From positions 1,302,001 to 1,366,000 of the forward strand of contig JADEYG010000002.1 in the NCBI GenBank assembly GCA_016906335.1: a DNA stretch of 64,000 bases, written 5' to 3'. Under the pieces are notes generated by a model, which saw nothing but the letters and a program-made list of their open reading frames with translations, was not told the DNA's origin and ran no database searches. Made by a program: the position numbers and the translations under genes. Source of the stretch: Novakomyces olei. Taxonomy: Eukaryota. Positions 48,533 through 62,056 of this stretch are shown in pieces (the stretch's first letter is position 1; each line of letters opens with the position of its first letter).

Positions 48533-51500
48533 CGGGAGGACGTGTTGGACGTGTTTTGGTCCGACGGCTGGATATTGAGGTTCAGCATACCCTGACCGAA
48601 GGACAAGTTTTGCGAGATGGTAGTGGCATTGACGAATCTGCGAACAGCGACGGCCGGGGCGATAATGAGAGCGAGAAAGAGGATAAAGATGGCAAAGTAG
48701 AGGGTCGCGTATCGGCGCACGATACGCTTACGCAGCCGGTTCTGCTTTAGAGAGAAAATGGGCGGTCTAATCTGTCGGCTCGGGCGGAGCCAAAAGAGGA
48801 TCATCGAGTGCCAGCGGTCGATGTACGGGATACAGAGGACGGGAAACATCATAAAGAGCAGCACGTGACCCAGGATAAAGTCGGCAGAGAAGCTGCCGAG
48901 CTCAGTGATCTTGCATACAAACTCTCGGCCCGGCTGAGAGAGAGCGTGAGCGCCGAGGCCGCGGCTGTACCATTTACCCGTCCACCAGGCCAAATTGGCT
49001 CCGTCGTGCTTGAACTCTCTCGTCAAAAAGGAGACAGTAAGCAGCTTGAAGATGAACCGCTGGATCATGACACAGGTGATCATTCCGAGCAGAGCCTTGG
49101 GGAACGACCATCCCTCGAGGAACCACATAATTTCAAAGACGGCCATCAGGATTATTACTGCTATTGCGTGAGCAATAGCAGCAAGAATGGCACCAAACTT
49201 CTTGCAGCACATACTAAGCAGAGGGCCCATACAGCAGGCCATCCCGAAAAACACCATTGCCATTCCGGCATTGATGACGATGGGAGCGATCCCCAAGATA
49301 ACTGCCTTGGCGATCCCGTTTGTCGGGTCAGAGTGCCGATGGGAGGCGGCCACTCCAGGCTGAGAGTTCATAAAGCTAAACGGGATCAATGTCAGCCCGA
49401 CGAGAGCCAAAGGGCCTACAATCTCTCCGAAAAAAAGAGTAGTAAAATGCGCACGAGGGATATCGCCGCCCATCTTGTCGGACGGCTGTCCCAGCACTTT
49501 ACGCTTGTACCCCGTAATCCGGGTCCGAGTAAGACGGCAAAACCCGATCCAGGAGTTTGCATGAGACCGGGAATTGCCTCGGCTCAGCCAGCGGATAAAC
49601 TCACGGTAGTCGACAAAGAAATCCGTCCACGCAAACTGGTGAGGGTTGAAGAGGAAAGGGGAAGTCATTAGCGCAATACACGAGACCCAAAAGTAGATGA
49701 GGCCGGCAATCCACATTGTCAGCGAGGCAAAGAGCAGCATCATGAGGCTACGAGCTCCCAAGTAGATTGAGGGTCCGGCAAAACGGGAAAACAGGATGCT
49801 AAAAGGGATCCGAGCAGTGGCAAAGCCACGGCCGGTGCCAATGTACCTCGCTCCGCCAAAGGACAAGTTGGCCAGCAGAGAATGAGCATAGATTTGGCAG
49901 GTAAAGACCTCAAACAAGGGTGAAAGGGACCCGAAATGCTTGGCCAGCCGGGTCGCTGCCCGCCAAGCGCCCCGCTCCGTCAGCTCTTGCACAATCAGCG
50001 GCACAAAGGCTATAAAAAACACGATAAAAATGGACAAAATGCAGCGGGAAACCCAATTGACTACGGGCTGCAAATTAAAGCAATCATGCGGCCAGAGCCG
50101 GTCGGTAATGGGCCGATTATGGTCATAGTTGCACACCTGCACAATGTGGTAAATGGCGCCCAAGTTGAGGCACGAGATCATGAGCAGCTGCACAGAGAGC
50201 ATAATAAACATATTGTTCACATGGAAGCCAGCATGAGCATAGTAGAAGGAGAGGAGGCGGTCGAGGCGGAGGCGGGTGCCCATATAATAGTACTCCCGGG
50301 ACAGGAGCTGCTCGCCCATGCCCGTGCCGACTTTGGTGGTAAAGTTGAGGATAGAGCCAAAGCCAAGGTCCCTGCCTTTGCCACACTGGTAATACTCACA
50401 GTGCTTGATTCGGCCGCCACGCATAAAGGCCGTCATTCCTGCGTAAATGTCCTCGTTCAAGTGCAGACCTTTCTGCGCTTTCGACACTCCGCCACGTGTC
50501 GTCATAAAGATACCGTTCAGGAAATCGGGATGGCCATAGTGCAGCTTGCCGCCAATCTGGGCCAGAGTCCTGGCGAAAAGCGTACCAAACGTCTGCTCTT
50601 TAGCGGCAGCTACATCGCCCAAAACACCAGAATTTTCGCTAAAAATGTACTCTCTAGCGCCCAAGATGGCCACAGGATGGACCGGCTTGTGCTCAAATCC
50701 GGGGGCATAAGGATTCGGCTCTGACGGATCGACCGACAGCTCCTCAAACTCGGCCAGAACGCTACGGATCTTGAGGCACTCCTCCAAGTAATTGTCCTGG
50801 TTGGCATCAATGAGCTGAATGTACTCGCCACGGTAGAAGATGAGCGACATGTTTTGGTTGTCGGATTTGCCGTCGCCCAGGATCGGGTTCCCAGACAGCT
50901 GTATACGGAACTTGGGCCGGCGCTGGCCGTTCTCCAGAATCTCACAGTGCCCATCGATCAAGGTGGCAAACAGCCGAGGCTCTTCGCCCTCCACCTCTGA
51001 CGTCTCCTCGTCGAGGTAGGCAATCTGCAGGTCAGGATAAGCACGCAACAAAAACTCGGCATTCTCCTGCTCCTCCTTGTTGAACTTTACATAGCGCTGC
51101 ATGGACACGACAAACTTGAACTTGCGACGAGCCATACGCTCAAGCTCACGCTCCAACCGGTCGGAATTGCCGCCAAACAGCTGCACAACTTCAGGGTTTT
51201 CTACTCGGTAGAGCAGTTTAATGGCACGAGCATAGTTCATAAAGCCAGATACAGTCCTATAAAGCGTCTGCGAGCGCAGAGACGCCCAAATACGGGTGCG
51301 CAGAGTGTACTCGGGAGCGGCAGATTTGAAGCCGATACAGTAGAAGGGCAAATCGTCAATTTTGCTCTTGAGATTATCCTTCTCGTCCTTGTTGTCAAAC
51401 GGCGTTGCTGCTCCATTGTACAGTGCCGTTTCCTCCGCCAGAATCTTTGTGTCCTTGACAAAGCAGTCCCATTCTATAGGGTGCAGCTGCTTCAGGTACT

Positions 51501-54399
51501 CGAGCAGCGTGACTCGCGACAGCTGGTCCTCCTCACGGATAATCTCCCGGAGGGAAAGCAGAATCTTTTCAGAGTAGTGTGGGATCAAGACCGTAAACGT
51601 GGGCATATTATCAACCGGCAACGGCTCTGGGATGGGAGTCGACAGCGACTGAGCAAAGAAGCCAATCCTTCGCTCTGCCTCTGAATGTGTCGGGAAAAAC
51701 TCTGTCTTGAAGGAATGGTCGTCCTGGGAAACGAAAAAAGTAGGCGCTCTTAGTGTTCGCTTGCCCTCTTGCTCGCTCGGCACTTGGTGGTACAGGAGCT
51801 TTTGCACATGGTCAATGGCGAGCAGGTGCTCTCTGTACATGCTGATAACGATAGCGTTCCATACCTGCGAGATGAGGACTTTAGGCTTGTACTTGATCTC
51901 CATATCGTTGGTGGCCAGGATCTTGGAGTAGATGCGTTTCGGCATTCGGCTGTAGATATTGCGCCACGGTGTCCAGATGGAGATGCCGATCCAAAAGCTG
52001 CGGGCAACGGAAAAGATTGTGTTCCAGATAATGTACCACAGGTAAGTGTCGAGAAAGAAGAGCACCAGGTCCGTTACGTACATGATTCCCAACAGGAACT
52101 TTGGCTGAATGGCACAGAGCGTATGCCCGACCCACTGCTGATTGCAGTCCGGCACAATCATCGTGTCCAGGACACGGATAGCGTCTCGGAGAGCAAGTGT
52201 CAGGAACCAATAGGATTCGACCAGCTTGCAGGCAAAAACCAGGATCCACAGCCCAATGGACAGCACTAAATCACGGCCAAGGAGGGGCGCAAAGTTGTGG
52301 GTAAAGTACTGGTTCGCAATAAGCCGACGAGACCGCTTCTCAATAAGACTGCCAAACAAGTTGCCCAGCGGCATTATCCCCATAAAGATAAAGGTAAACA
52401 AAGAGATCAAGAAATGGACGACACCGACGACGAGAACGGGTTTGGAGTGCCTATCGGTGGCGGCAAACACGTAAATGCCAGGGCCGACATTGATGCAGAG
52501 AAGAATAACGATAAAGAGTAACCGTTTAGACAGCGTTTGGGCGCCAGGATAGCGGCGTGGGACATAGAGCCATTCGCACAACGTTGCCAAGACTTCCATA
52601 AAGCAGGCGATTCCGCCTCCAAAGCCGACAGAGGAAAACTTGTAAGCTCCGGGAGGCTGATTGTTGAGCCGCTGGCGATAGTGGTCCGTGTAAACGGTGG
52701 GAGAGTTGTAGGCAGTATAGTACCAAAAGATGGTGAAATGGATGATCCAGATACGGTTAAAGTTGGTGAGCATATGGAACCAGGACCGTGTTTCACGGTA
52801 CGTCTTGTAAAACGCCTTTTTCCAGACAACGTCACGGAACTTGTGGAACCGTTGGCCACGTGGGAGATCCATGAAACGGGACTTGTCCTCAAACGTGATA
52901 CGCTCCAGGCCCTCCGGGTACCAAAACAGCTGGTTTATATCGTCGTACCCGATAATATCGATATGATCTCGCTCACGGCGAACGTATTTGCCATCAACAA
53001 CCTCAAACTGCTGATCGCGAATGTACATGTAGATGGGGGTAACGACATCCCGGAGATAAGTGCCCTCCTCAGCCGGCTCTACCTGCTGCTGCTCTGCCTC
53101 GGGCGAGTAGAGGTAGTCGAGGGCGCATTTGAATATAAAGGCCAGGCACTCGGGCATAAAGCGGACCTGATTGGCTTCGCCCCAGCAGAGCAGGTAGAGT
53201 GCCACTTGCCGGGCACGTTCGTACTGCGACATCGAGTTCATTTGGTTGTTCCAGCGGTACTCGGCCGCCTCGAGCGAATCATCGTCCTCCAAATCTTCCA
53301 GAGTGCCCTCTACATCGTCGGGAGCCGTCTTTGCACGCTTCCTCGCCTTCCTCGACCTGCGGTTCGTCTTTTTCAGCTTTATTTTGGCAAACCCGAGTCG
53401 GTCGTCAATGTCCATACTGGCGGCAAAGTACCATTTGTGATAATTGGCTCCATCGCCACCGATATAGTCAGCGTGCAGGGTCAGCAGAGCATGGTTCGGG
53501 GTCATTCGGCTGGCTCGGGAGTCGAGCAGGGTCATGAAATGGTCGTACATGTTGCGCATACTGTCCCGCTGGAAGCCAAACTTGTTTGTCAGGTCAATGA
53601 ATATATCCTCAATCTCCTCCTTTGATATAGGGATCTCGTTCTCTGGGATCCAGGCTGGGTAAGGCTCGGCAGATCGGGACGAGATCATTGCCGCCTGCGA
53701 GTAGTCCATCCCGTAAACCGGAGTACTTGCTCCGGAAGACCTGTTTGCACCAAAGGACATCTGCGACGATCCCGGGCGGTACGGCCGTCCACTGCCAGCG
53801 GCACTCATCATCCCACCACCGCCCATCTGCGACAGCGAGTCTGTGCTCGTTGGGCCATAAGAGCCATAGCGCTCATCCCCGCGGGTATAAGCATTCACGT
53901 CACTGGCACCGGCCATATCGGAGCGCATAGTAAAATTGGAAAAGGACTCTGTATCGTCCTCGGAAGAGCCCTGCTGCATTTTCCGGACCCGTGCATGAGC
54001 GGGTCCAGACCCGGGCTGCTGGTAGTATTGCGCAGCAGCAGCAGCAGCAGCCGAGGCAGATGCTGGCTGAGCGGACGGGTCGACAGGGTACCCGGACGGA
54101 TAGTCCTCGTACCCTGCCGTATCGTGGTAGTAGGCCCCGGCGTCTTCGTCATAGCCCTGGGCAGAGTGCTGGCCGGGAGCCTCCGGGTCATAGTACGCCT
54201 GGTCGTCATAGTAGGCTCCTGAATTGGGGTCGTAGGCGTCATAGCCGCCTCCGGCTCCAGGGTTACTGCCTTCCTCGTGCTGGTGGCTGTAGTAGCCTCC
54301 TGGAGCCCCAGAGCCGTCGTGGTAATAGCCGGCAGCAGCTTCCCCACTGCCGTCACCGCCCAGATGCTGATACTGCTGGTCGTCGTAGCCTCGAGACAT
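48517..54399 (-). CDS. fks1: 1,3-beta-glucan synthase catalytic subunit (Fks/Bgs), intronless, 1960 aa
   Basis: [75 protein letters not shown]. Confidence 0.98.
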   Translation of the reverse strand: MSRGYDDQQYQHLGGDGSGEAAAGYYHDGSGAPGGYYSHQHEEGSNPGAGGGYDAYDPNSGAYYDDQAYYDPEAPGQHSAQGYDEDAGAYYHDTAGYEDYPSGYPVDPSAQPASASAAAAAAAQYYQQPGSGPAHARVRKMQQGSSEDDTESFSNFTMRSDMAGASDVNAYTRGDERYGSYGPTSTDSLSQMGGGGMMSAAGSGRPYRPGSSQMSFGANRSSGASTPVYGMDYSQAAMISSRSAEPYPAWIPENEIPISKEEIEDIFIDLTNKFGFQRDSMRNMYDHFMTLLDSRASRMTPNHALLTLHADYIGGDGANYHKWYFAASMDIDDRLGFAKIKLKKTNRRSRKARKRAKTAPDDVEGTLEDLEDDDSLEAAEYRWNNQMNSMSQYERARQVALYLLCWGEANQVRFMPECLAFIFKCALDYLYSPEAEQQQVEPAEEGTYLRDVVTPIYMYIRDQQFEVVDGKYVRRERDHIDIIGYDDINQLFWYPEGLERITFEDKSRFMDLPRGQRFHKFRDVVWKKAFYKTYRETRSWFHMLTNFNRIWIIHFTIFWYYTAYNSPTVYTDHYRQRLNNQPPGAYKFSSVGFGGGIACFMEVLATLCEWLYVPRRYPGAQTLSKRLLFIVILLCINVGPGIYVFAATDRHSKPVLVVGVVHFLISLFTFIFMGIMPLGNLFGSLIEKRSRRLIANQYFTHNFAPLLGRDLVLSIGLWILVFACKLVESYWFLTLALRDAIRVLDTMIVPDCNQQWVGHTLCAIQPKFLLGIMYVTDLVLFFLDTYLWYIIWNTIFSVARSFWIGISIWTPWRNIYSRMPKRIYSKILATNDMEIKYKPKVLISQVWNAIVISMYREHLLAIDHVQKLLYHQVPSEQEGKRTLRAPTFFVSQDDHSFKTEFFPTHSEAERRIGFFAQSLSTPIPEPLPVDNMPTFTVLIPHYSEKILLSLREIIREEDQLSRVTLLEYLKQLHPIEWDCFVKDTKILAEETALYNGAATPFDNKDEKDNLKSKIDDLPFYCIGFKSAAPEYTLRTRIWASLRSQTLYRTVSGFMNYARAIKLLYRVENPEVVQLFGGNSDRLERELERMARRKFKFVVSMQRYVKFNKEEQENAEFLLRAYPDLQIAYLDEETSEVEGEEPRLFATLIDGHCEILENGQRRPKFRIQLSGNPILGDGKSDNQNMSLIFYRGEYIQLIDANQDNYLEECLKIRSVLAEFEELSVDPSEPNPYAPGFEHKPVHPVAILGAREYIFSENSGVLGDVAAAKEQTFGTLFARTLAQIGGKLHYGHPDFLNGIFMTTRGGVSKAQKGLHLNEDIYAGMTAFMRGGRIKHCEYYQCGKGRDLGFGSILNFTTKVGTGMGEQLLSREYYYMGTRLRLDRLLSFYYAHAGFHVNNMFIMLSVQLLMISCLNLGAIYHIVQVCNYDHNRPITDRLWPHDCFNLQPVVNWVSRCILSIFIVFFIAFVPLIVQELTERGAWRAATRLAKHFGSLSPLFEVFTCQIYAHSLLANLSFGGARYIGTGRGFATARIPFSILFSRFAGPSIYLGARSLMMLLFASLTMWIAGLIYFWVSCIALMTSPFLFNPHQFAWTDFFVDYREFIRWLSRGNSRSHANSWIGFCRLTRTRITGYKRKVLGQPSDKMGGDIPRAHFTTLFFGEIVGPLALVGLTLIPFSFMNSQPGVAASHRHSDPTNGIAKAVILGIAPIVINAGMAMVFFGMACCMGPLLSMCCKKFGAILAAIAHAIAVIILMAVFEIMWFLEGWSFPKALLGMITCVMIQRFIFKLLTVSFLTREFKHDGANLAWWTGKWYSRGLGAHALSQPGREFVCKITELGSFSADFILGHVLLFMMFPVLCIPYIDRWHSMILFWLRPSRQIRPPIFSLKQNRLRKRIVRRYATLYFAIFILFLALIIAPAVAVRRFVNATTISQNLSFGQGMLNLNIQPSDQNTSNTSSRNTTW

Positions 54400-54457
54400 G
54401 GCGCAGGCGGCTCAGCACGGCAGCTAGCTAGTCTGGCAATCGGTTCGTGATGGATCA

Positions 54458-54920
54458 ATTATATATATTTATATATATATATATATATATAAAATATATA
54501 TAGTACAGTCGTACTTTATATACACGCCTCCCCCTGACTAATAGCCCAAACAAAGAAAGAAAAGGACGTGAGAGCTGCTGAGCTCGGCTCGCTCGAATCG
54601 CGCGAATTCAGAATGGATCCGGATCGTTTATGAGCAGCTCAGTTTGGGAACGAATGGCGGAAAGAAAAGACGTAGAGGATAGGGGAGAGACTGGGTAGCG
54701 GGTTGGTCGGTGGTTTGCGAGATTATTTCTTTTCATCATTACTTGTCAAGTACTTGACAAGTCATGAGACTAGAGTAATAGATTGAATGTATTGCAGGTA
54801 TTGTATTAAAGATTGTATAGTATTGTAAGTATTGTAGTACTGCAGGTATTGTATTGTAAGTATTGTAGTATTGTAAGTATTGTAGTATTGTAAGTATTGT
54901 AGTATTGTAAGTACTGTATT
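54458..54920. repeat. (TA)n tract (about 54460-54502) and degenerate (GTATTGTA/GTATTGTAA)n minisatellite (about 54788-54920)
   Basis: Read directly. Confidence 0.85.
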
Positions 54921-55455
54921 AAAGATTTTATTAAAATTTAATTGTATTAAATAGGTGTAATAATGTTGTAATAAGTGTAATATAGTTACAACAATAGTAA
55001 TAAAATAACAGTAATAGCAGTAATAATAATATCGCTCTTACGTGTACATCACGCGCGTCGTGCATGCAGCGATCGGGAATGTAGCGAGACGCAGACGCAG
55101 ACGCGAAGACGTTGACGGGTACGGCTCCCAATTGCAGAGCAGAAAAATGGTTAATATTTATTCGTAGCAAGAGAGCAGTAAATGGAGTTGGCCGATGAGC
55201 AGATAGTGCTGGCAGACATATATTTATTACATTTGGACTATGAAGCGTGCGCTGTGACACGTAAACCAGTAGCATTGCTGACATTGGCCGTGTATAGTAC
55301 AGTATACACATACGCATGGAAAATTTGTACCTCAAACAGGGTCTAGTACGAGCAAGCAATCATGCACAAGTCTACATGCACAAGTCTACATGCACAAGTC
55401 TATACTTAATCACCATACAAATCGACATTTATTTTACTGTACAGCCAGTTTGTAG

Positions 55456-55465
55456 CTATATTTAG
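55456..55465. promoter_or_regulatory. Rlm1/MEF2-type site CTATATTTAG in the fks-gas divergent promoter
   Basis: Matches CTA(A/T)4TAG. Confidence 0.4.
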
Positions 55466-56597
55466 ATAAAGTGTCATTGAGGCATACACCGTCCGAGGCA
55501 TGAATAAGTAAACGGTTCATCATAGTCACAAGATCCGATGAAACGCAATTAGTAATAGACTAAATTTTCAATTACACATCGTCAACTGCCAACTCACGGA
55601 AGCGTGCAACTGCCACCAGTCTTTTATGATTTTATGCGTACAGTGGAATGTATCGCGTAAACAACGCGCCCATAGCGTGGCTTAGCGACGCGTCGGCTCG
55701 GATATACTGAAATTTTCAAGCGCCAAGATCGCCGTGTACTTCTAACAATAGCACAATCCATTCGTTTCCAAAAATAGACTGTTATAAGTAATGTTAAGCG
55801 TTAGCTTACGACGCGATTGAGTAAACCGGCGACAATATTAGCGCGGACGCGACTTGGTCAACAAGATTTGGACGCGCAAGCCATACTCAAGCCCGGAAGC
55901 AAGGGATACAACGCAAGAGCTACAAGGCAAGAGCTACAAGGCAAGAGATACACTCACTATACACCAATTGATACTCAAACTAAAAACTAAATCAAGCAAT
56001 ACAATTTCAACCCGCTGCTCAGCCATATAAAAAATGCAAAGCGCATGGTGGGGATATATAGTGAACCATCGTGCTCTCCAATACCCGTGGAATCAAAGCC
56101 GTGGAATCAAAACCCGACTCGTGTGAACATGATCGCCTTGCGCCAATCATATAGTCTTGTTGCACGCGTACCTGATCCTGCCCATCCAAGCAATAAAGGG
56201 AAAATACACACTCAAGCAATCTTGGCAGCGGTACAGTATTGTATGGACACAAGGGATATATTATCCCTCGCGTTTCCCGCGCACTAATTACTTGCCTTCA
56301 TTACTTGTGCGCGTGCCTTATTGAAGGGACCGCTTGGCACGTTCGGCAAGTAGTACAGCGCGCGGGCCTGCACTGCTCCCTTTGACTGGCCAAAATTACA
56401 TACAACCGGGGCTCTGCAACGTCCTACAATAAATCCCGCAAAAGAATCCCGTTACAGTATACCCTCCAACCGCCCCCAACATTAGTATCCCCTGCGACAA
56501 GCAATCTTACTCTAAAATATAAATATAAATAAAACAGCATTTAATTCTGTTGCAAAGACACCCTCTCGTCGAGGCACAGCAGACGCCAATTGCTACA

Positions 56598-58637
56598 ATG
56601 TTTTCGTCGCTCGCTTCGTCAGCCGTTTGCCTTTTAGCGGCCGCGTCGCTCGCGACGGTCGGGTCAGCTCAGAGCTCTGATTTTCCTGCTATCTCTGTCC
56701 GGGTAAGTTGCTCTCGCTTTAGCTATTTCTTTTTGTTTTGTTATTTATATGTGTTCTTTATAATTTGATTTGCTTTCTTTATGTATCTCTTTTTGTGTTT
56801 TCGTTTTGTGTATTCTTTTTGTGTTTTCGTTTTGTGTATTCTTTAGATATCTTTTCTTTTGTTCTTTTTTTTTTGCTCTTTATATTTTCTTGTTTTCTTT
56901 CTATATCTTTTCTTTGTGTCTTGTTGTTCCATTTCCCCCTCAGTCGCGCACTAACACGCACAGGGCAAATACTTTTTCTACCCAAACGGAACGCGTTTCT
57001 ACATTAGAGGTATCGCGTACCAGCAACAGGTCTCTGGCGACAGCGATGCGCAGTACTCGGATCCGCTGGCGGATGCGGCAGGCTGCCGTCGCGATATTCC
57101 TTATTTGCAGCAGTTGGGAATAAACACAGTGCGCACGTATGCGATCAACACCACCTCTGATCACTCGGAGTGTATGAATATGCTCCAGGACGCTGGCATT
57201 TACGTCATCTCTGACCTCTCTGAGCCTGGAACGTCGATTAACCGTAACGAGCCCGCTTGGGACGTTCAGCTGTTTGACCGCTATACGCGCGTAGTTGACG
57301 CGTTGGCCAATTACACCAACGTGCTCGGCTTCTTTGCCGGAAACGAGGTAGTTAATGCGCCCAACAATACTAATGCTGCACCGTTTGTAAAGGCAGCTGT
57401 ACGCGATGTGCGCAGGTACATTGAAAACTACTCTTCCTCTGGCGGCCGCAGTATTCCAGTGGGGTACTCTACGGACGACGATGCCTCCACACGTGACCAG
57501 CTGGCAGCCTACTTTTCCTGCGGCACTAATGAGACTACTGTCGACTTTTTCGGAGTAAACATCTACGAATGGTGCGGAGATTCGACTTACCAGTCCTCCG
57601 GGTACGAAGCTCGCACCCGTGAGTTTTCCTCGTTTGATATTCCGCTCTTCTTTTCCGAGTATGGGTGCAATGCAGTTACGCCTCGCCGTTTCACCGAAGT
57701 CCAGGCTCTGTACGGCGACCAAATGACTCCAGTCTGGTCTGGCGGAATCGTCTACATGTACTTTCAGGAGGAGAACGACTATGGCGTCGTTTCCGTTAGT
57801 GGCAGCAGTGTTAGCACTCTGGAGGACTACAATTTCCTGTCCTCACAGCTGCACAACATCACACCGGCTTCCCTGCAGGCCTCTACGTACTCGCCCAGCA
57901 CGGGCAGCGGACAGGCCTGCCCTACCACCGACTCGAACTGGAACGCTGCCACCAGTCTGCCTGGAACTCCGTCTGATGCTGTATGCGACTGCATGTACGA
58001 GTCTCTTGGCTGTGTGGCCCACGCTGGCCTCTCTGACGAGGATATTGGCACCTTGTTTGGCCAAGTTTGTGGGTACGACGGAGCTAATTGCGATGGCGTA
58101 AATGCCAATGGCTCAGTGCCTGCTCAGTATGGTACTTGGGCAGTCTGCTCGCCTCTGCAGAGACTGTCGTACGTTCTCAACAGCTACTATGTCGCCCAGG
58201 ACGAGAGCAGCTCAGCCTGTAGCTTTGATGGATCTGCAAGCACTAAGCGGGCTACTACTGCCAGCTCTTGCTCTAACTGGCTGTCCCAGGCAGGCAGCTC
58301 TGCCACAGGCGTTGTTTCTGATGTTCCTGTCGGGTCTATCTCTGCCTCTGCCGCTGCAACCGGTGGCTCTGGCTCTGGCTCTGGCTCGGGTTCTGGATCT
58401 GGTTCTGGCGCAAGTAGTAGCTCAGGCTCTGGCTCTGGCTCAGGCTCAGGCTCAGGCTCTGGCTCAGGCTCAGGCTCAGGCTCACAAGCTTCAGCTACAG
58501 GCTCATCCTCTTCTGCTTCTTCTACTGCCAGCAGCGATGGTGTTTCTGATATGCTGCGTTCTTCATACACGGGGCCCGTTGCTGTTGTAGTGGCCCTGCT
58601 TTCTGCTGTGGCTGGTGGTGCTCTTTTCGTCGTCTAA
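56598..58637 (+). CDS. gas1: GPI-anchored 1,3-beta-glucanosyltransferase (GH72 with X8/CBM43 Cys domain), 2 exons
   Basis: Signal peptide; [32 protein letters not shown], Cys box, GS-rich linker, hydrophobic GPI tail; intron 56703-56963. Paralog assignment uncertain. Confidence 0.92.
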
Positions 58638-59900
58638 ATCGTCTTTACATGATCCATGACTGCACACTTTGACACACCTTGCTTGCTGCAAGAGGTGAAG
58701 ATTGGTTTCTGTGTGCTTGTACTTGATTAATCATTTAACAATTTTTTTTTCTTTTTTTCTTTCGCCATGTAACATTTGCTTTAAACTTGAACATTTTGAC
58801 GCGCTCTAGTCGATAGAAGACAAAGTATAACAGTATTATTTAAAAGGTTCTTCCAGCCAGAGTTTGTAGCCATACTTAGACTTGTACGACTGATGTAGAC
58901 TGTATAATACTGGATAAGGCACATGAACTGCCTTTACGTTCTGCGCGCCGGGGTGTAGGGATACTTTTTACTCACAGTTAAACCAGTGTATAATTCAAAG
59001 TCTTAAAGGACTTATCAGACTTCATGTTTGTCTTGCCATTTTGTACAGGTAAATATCATGGGCAAATTGCAAATATAGGCGTAGTCATGGCAGTGTATAT
59101 TCAGCGTATATTATATATAAATTTATATATATTCATATATACATATTTGCTATACGTTCTGTCGCGACTCCATCGTAATAAGCCATTAATTAATCAATAG
59201 CCGAAACGAATGATATCACCGACGGTTTCGACAAATCTCTATTTGAATAATGCCAGTGGCGGACGTAAGTGAGTTTGTGCTTCGCCGGACTAACATGGCA
59301 GAATCCTCCGTGCCACTCCAATGGTAAAAGAGATCCAAGTTTCTTTTGTAATAATGACTGACGGAGCATGAAGCTTGTAAACTGCAGACTTGCCTACAAC
59401 AAAACACATTTGCGCCTCACAAATGTGAACCGTTGGTGCAACAGCTTTACGAGTGCTGTAATTCCTTTTACACTGCGGAGCAAAGACGCACACGATCGCT
59501 GGATCCACAGAAATGGGATTCTACACCTAGCTGCCCTCTACCACAAATTGTGGCTCGCAAGTTGAACCATGTCGATTATATCATGCAGCCAAGCGCAAAT
59601 CCGTAGTGCCGTACTTTTTTGACATACTGTGCTCGCAAGCATACTTGAGGGATTTAGGCATACTGGCTTGTTTCAAACCAGATCCTGGACGTTAAATATT
59701 AGCTAAGTCGAACGCTTCAGTATGATCTATATGATGTGAAGCTCTGGTCTTGAATTAGTCCGTAGTCTATGGCTATTGATGAAATTTGAATAACGGCATT
59801 TTCCTTTCATTGTTGCATCAAGCATGATTTCCAAGGTTCGCATTAGGTGCCGCCTGTATCAATTTACGACTGGCTGAACATGGGCCAGTCTCTCACTTTT

Positions 59901-59901
<1 letters not shown>

Positions 59902-59970
<69 letters not shown>
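59902..59970. repeat. (TAA)23 microsatellite
   Basis: Read directly. Confidence 0.97.
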
Positions 59971-59972
<2 letters not shown>

Positions 59973-60099
59973 GCACTACAAATATAATTCAAACCTCCAC
60001 ATACATTCGCCTAATGGACCCGAAGCAATGGCAATGAAGCCATAGAACTGCTGTTAAATTGCTATTCATTATGGAGTAAAGACTGACAAGAGGCAAGCA

Positions 60100-61934
60100 A
60101 TGGACAAATGGCCGTTTGAGCAGATCAAAGACGCTGCAGTGAGCGTCGATTTTGAACCACATATTCCTATAATACGATGGCAACAAGCAGTAGCGCGTCT
60201 CTGGGTCGAGGTAATACTACTAGATACTGACTAGAAATACGGCCCCGCTCACACACAATGTTTAGGCACGCACTTACGACGGAGAGGGCAGACGCGAAAA
60301 GGCCTGCTTTTATTATATGCGCTATGCTCATGTACTGCTGAATTTGCTACCAACACACCCGCAATACAAAGCGGCCTTGTTAAAGCCTCTGATTGCGGTA
60401 AGAACAGGACATGGCTGATTTCACCAACCTGACTAACCATTTTCCAGCAAGTCAAGCTGGCAAATGAGCGTGTTGCAGAGCTTAAGCCTTTCTTACGGGG
60501 TCAAATTGGCAAAACCATAGATGAAAAAGCACAAGGCAGTCCGTTATCGAGCACGTCGGCCTCGGGGGTCAAGGGCACTTTAGCCGATAAACCTGGAAAG
60601 GCACTTTTTAATTCTGATAATGTTGATTACGCATTAAATAAAGAGCCGCCAAAAAGCTATGGGCGGGGTCCCAGATCGGGCCAATTGCATCAATGGACAG
60701 ATCAATCGGCCAAATCTGGATCGTCGCAGCTTCCTTTTGCTCTTTCGCCACAGGATCTTTCCTTTCTTCGGGGCTCTGAGATGCCTTTGGCTGGAAACAC
60801 TCCTACTGCACAGGATTCGGGCACTTTGTCTTACCCGAACGTGGTAATTGACCACCCAGCCGCCCGACTAAAATTTGCTCCGAGCCTCCCTGCAAAGCCG
60901 TCTGCAGAGCAAAAGGCTCAGGCGCCTGCAATTCCAGACAAGGAGTTTGCACTTCCTCCACCTCCTTTGCCCACAAAGGAGGTTGCTGTTACAAAGGAAA
61001 CTGCTTCTGTGCCGAGTGCAGGTAATAGTTGTTTGTTTTGTATTTTATTTTCTACAAGGGCGTGGATTAAATTTGCCTTTGTTTCTCTCTGTCTCTGACT
61101 GTCTTTTTTTATTTTCTAAAGCTCAAGCTCAATGCCCTCGATAAGCTTTTCTCCTCTTCAAAACTATGTTTTGTAATTCTGTTCGCTGACTAACTCCGAC
61201 AGCGCGACTCGAGAATGGCACTAGGCTTCGTACTGTAGTCATCCCGCGTGATTTACGGCCACGGTTTCTCCTATTGGCTGAAAGAAATACACGCAGAAAC
61301 TTGGAGACTTGCGGGATTCTTTGCGGGAAATTGGTAATTGCCTTGTCTGTTTCAGTGCATCAAGTAGAGACTAATTTCAAGAGCAATGATGCCTTTTGGA
61401 TAACGCATCTGGTAATTCCCAAGCAAGAGGCGACCAGTGATACTTGTGCTACAACAGACGAGGAAGGGCTATGGGCCTTTCAGGAAAAGAATGACCTTTT
61501 GACTTTGGGATGGATTCATGTAAGTTCATTTACAATTCGATTTTTTTTTATGTTGAATTAATCATGACTAATCTGTTTTAGACACATCCAACACAGACGT
61601 GTTTCATGAGTTCGGTCGATTTACATACCCATTGTGGATACCAGCTTATGCTAGATGAGGCGATAGCTATTGTCCTTTCTCCGTCTAAACCAAAGAACCA
61701 ATCGTGCGTACAATGACTGCTATATATTTACTTTTTTATTTATTCGTCAATACTAAATTTAGTTGGGGAATTTTCCGGCTTACTGATCCCCCCGGAAAAC
61801 ATGCAATTATGCGCTGTACGAAAACTGGGCTGTTCCATCCTCATAATGAGGAGCATATTTACACGTATGCGTCGCGGCCGGCGGGACACGCGATCGAAGT
61901 GGGAATGGACCTGGAGGTGGTCGATCTTAGGTGA
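60100..61934 (+). CDS. sst2: AMSH/STAMBP-like JAMM deubiquitinase, multi-exon
   Basis: N-terminal MIT/USP8-dimer-like [54 protein letters not shown]. Confidence 0.92.
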
Positions 61935-62056
61935 CCCCAAATTTCTTGAGACCCGTTGTATTATAACTTTAAATGAAAAAATTACTAGTACAATCACCTA
62001 CTTGTTTCCTGATCTTACACTCCTTTTATTAACCTCCGCGTCTATTCATGCTTGAC

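Noticed and set aside
48808..53625. Long antisense ORFs (up to 362 aa) over fks1, and similar ones over pho84, msh2 and gas
   Set aside because: Shadow frames expected from GC-rich codon usage; no recognisable motifs.
58365..58485. (GGCTCT/GGCTCA)n repeat
   Set aside because: Ordinary Gly-Ser linker of a GPI-anchored Gas protein.
58638..59900. Short ORFs in the gas-sst2 gap, considered as a gene or transposon relic
   Set aside because: No coherent exon chain, protein motif or terminal repeats found.
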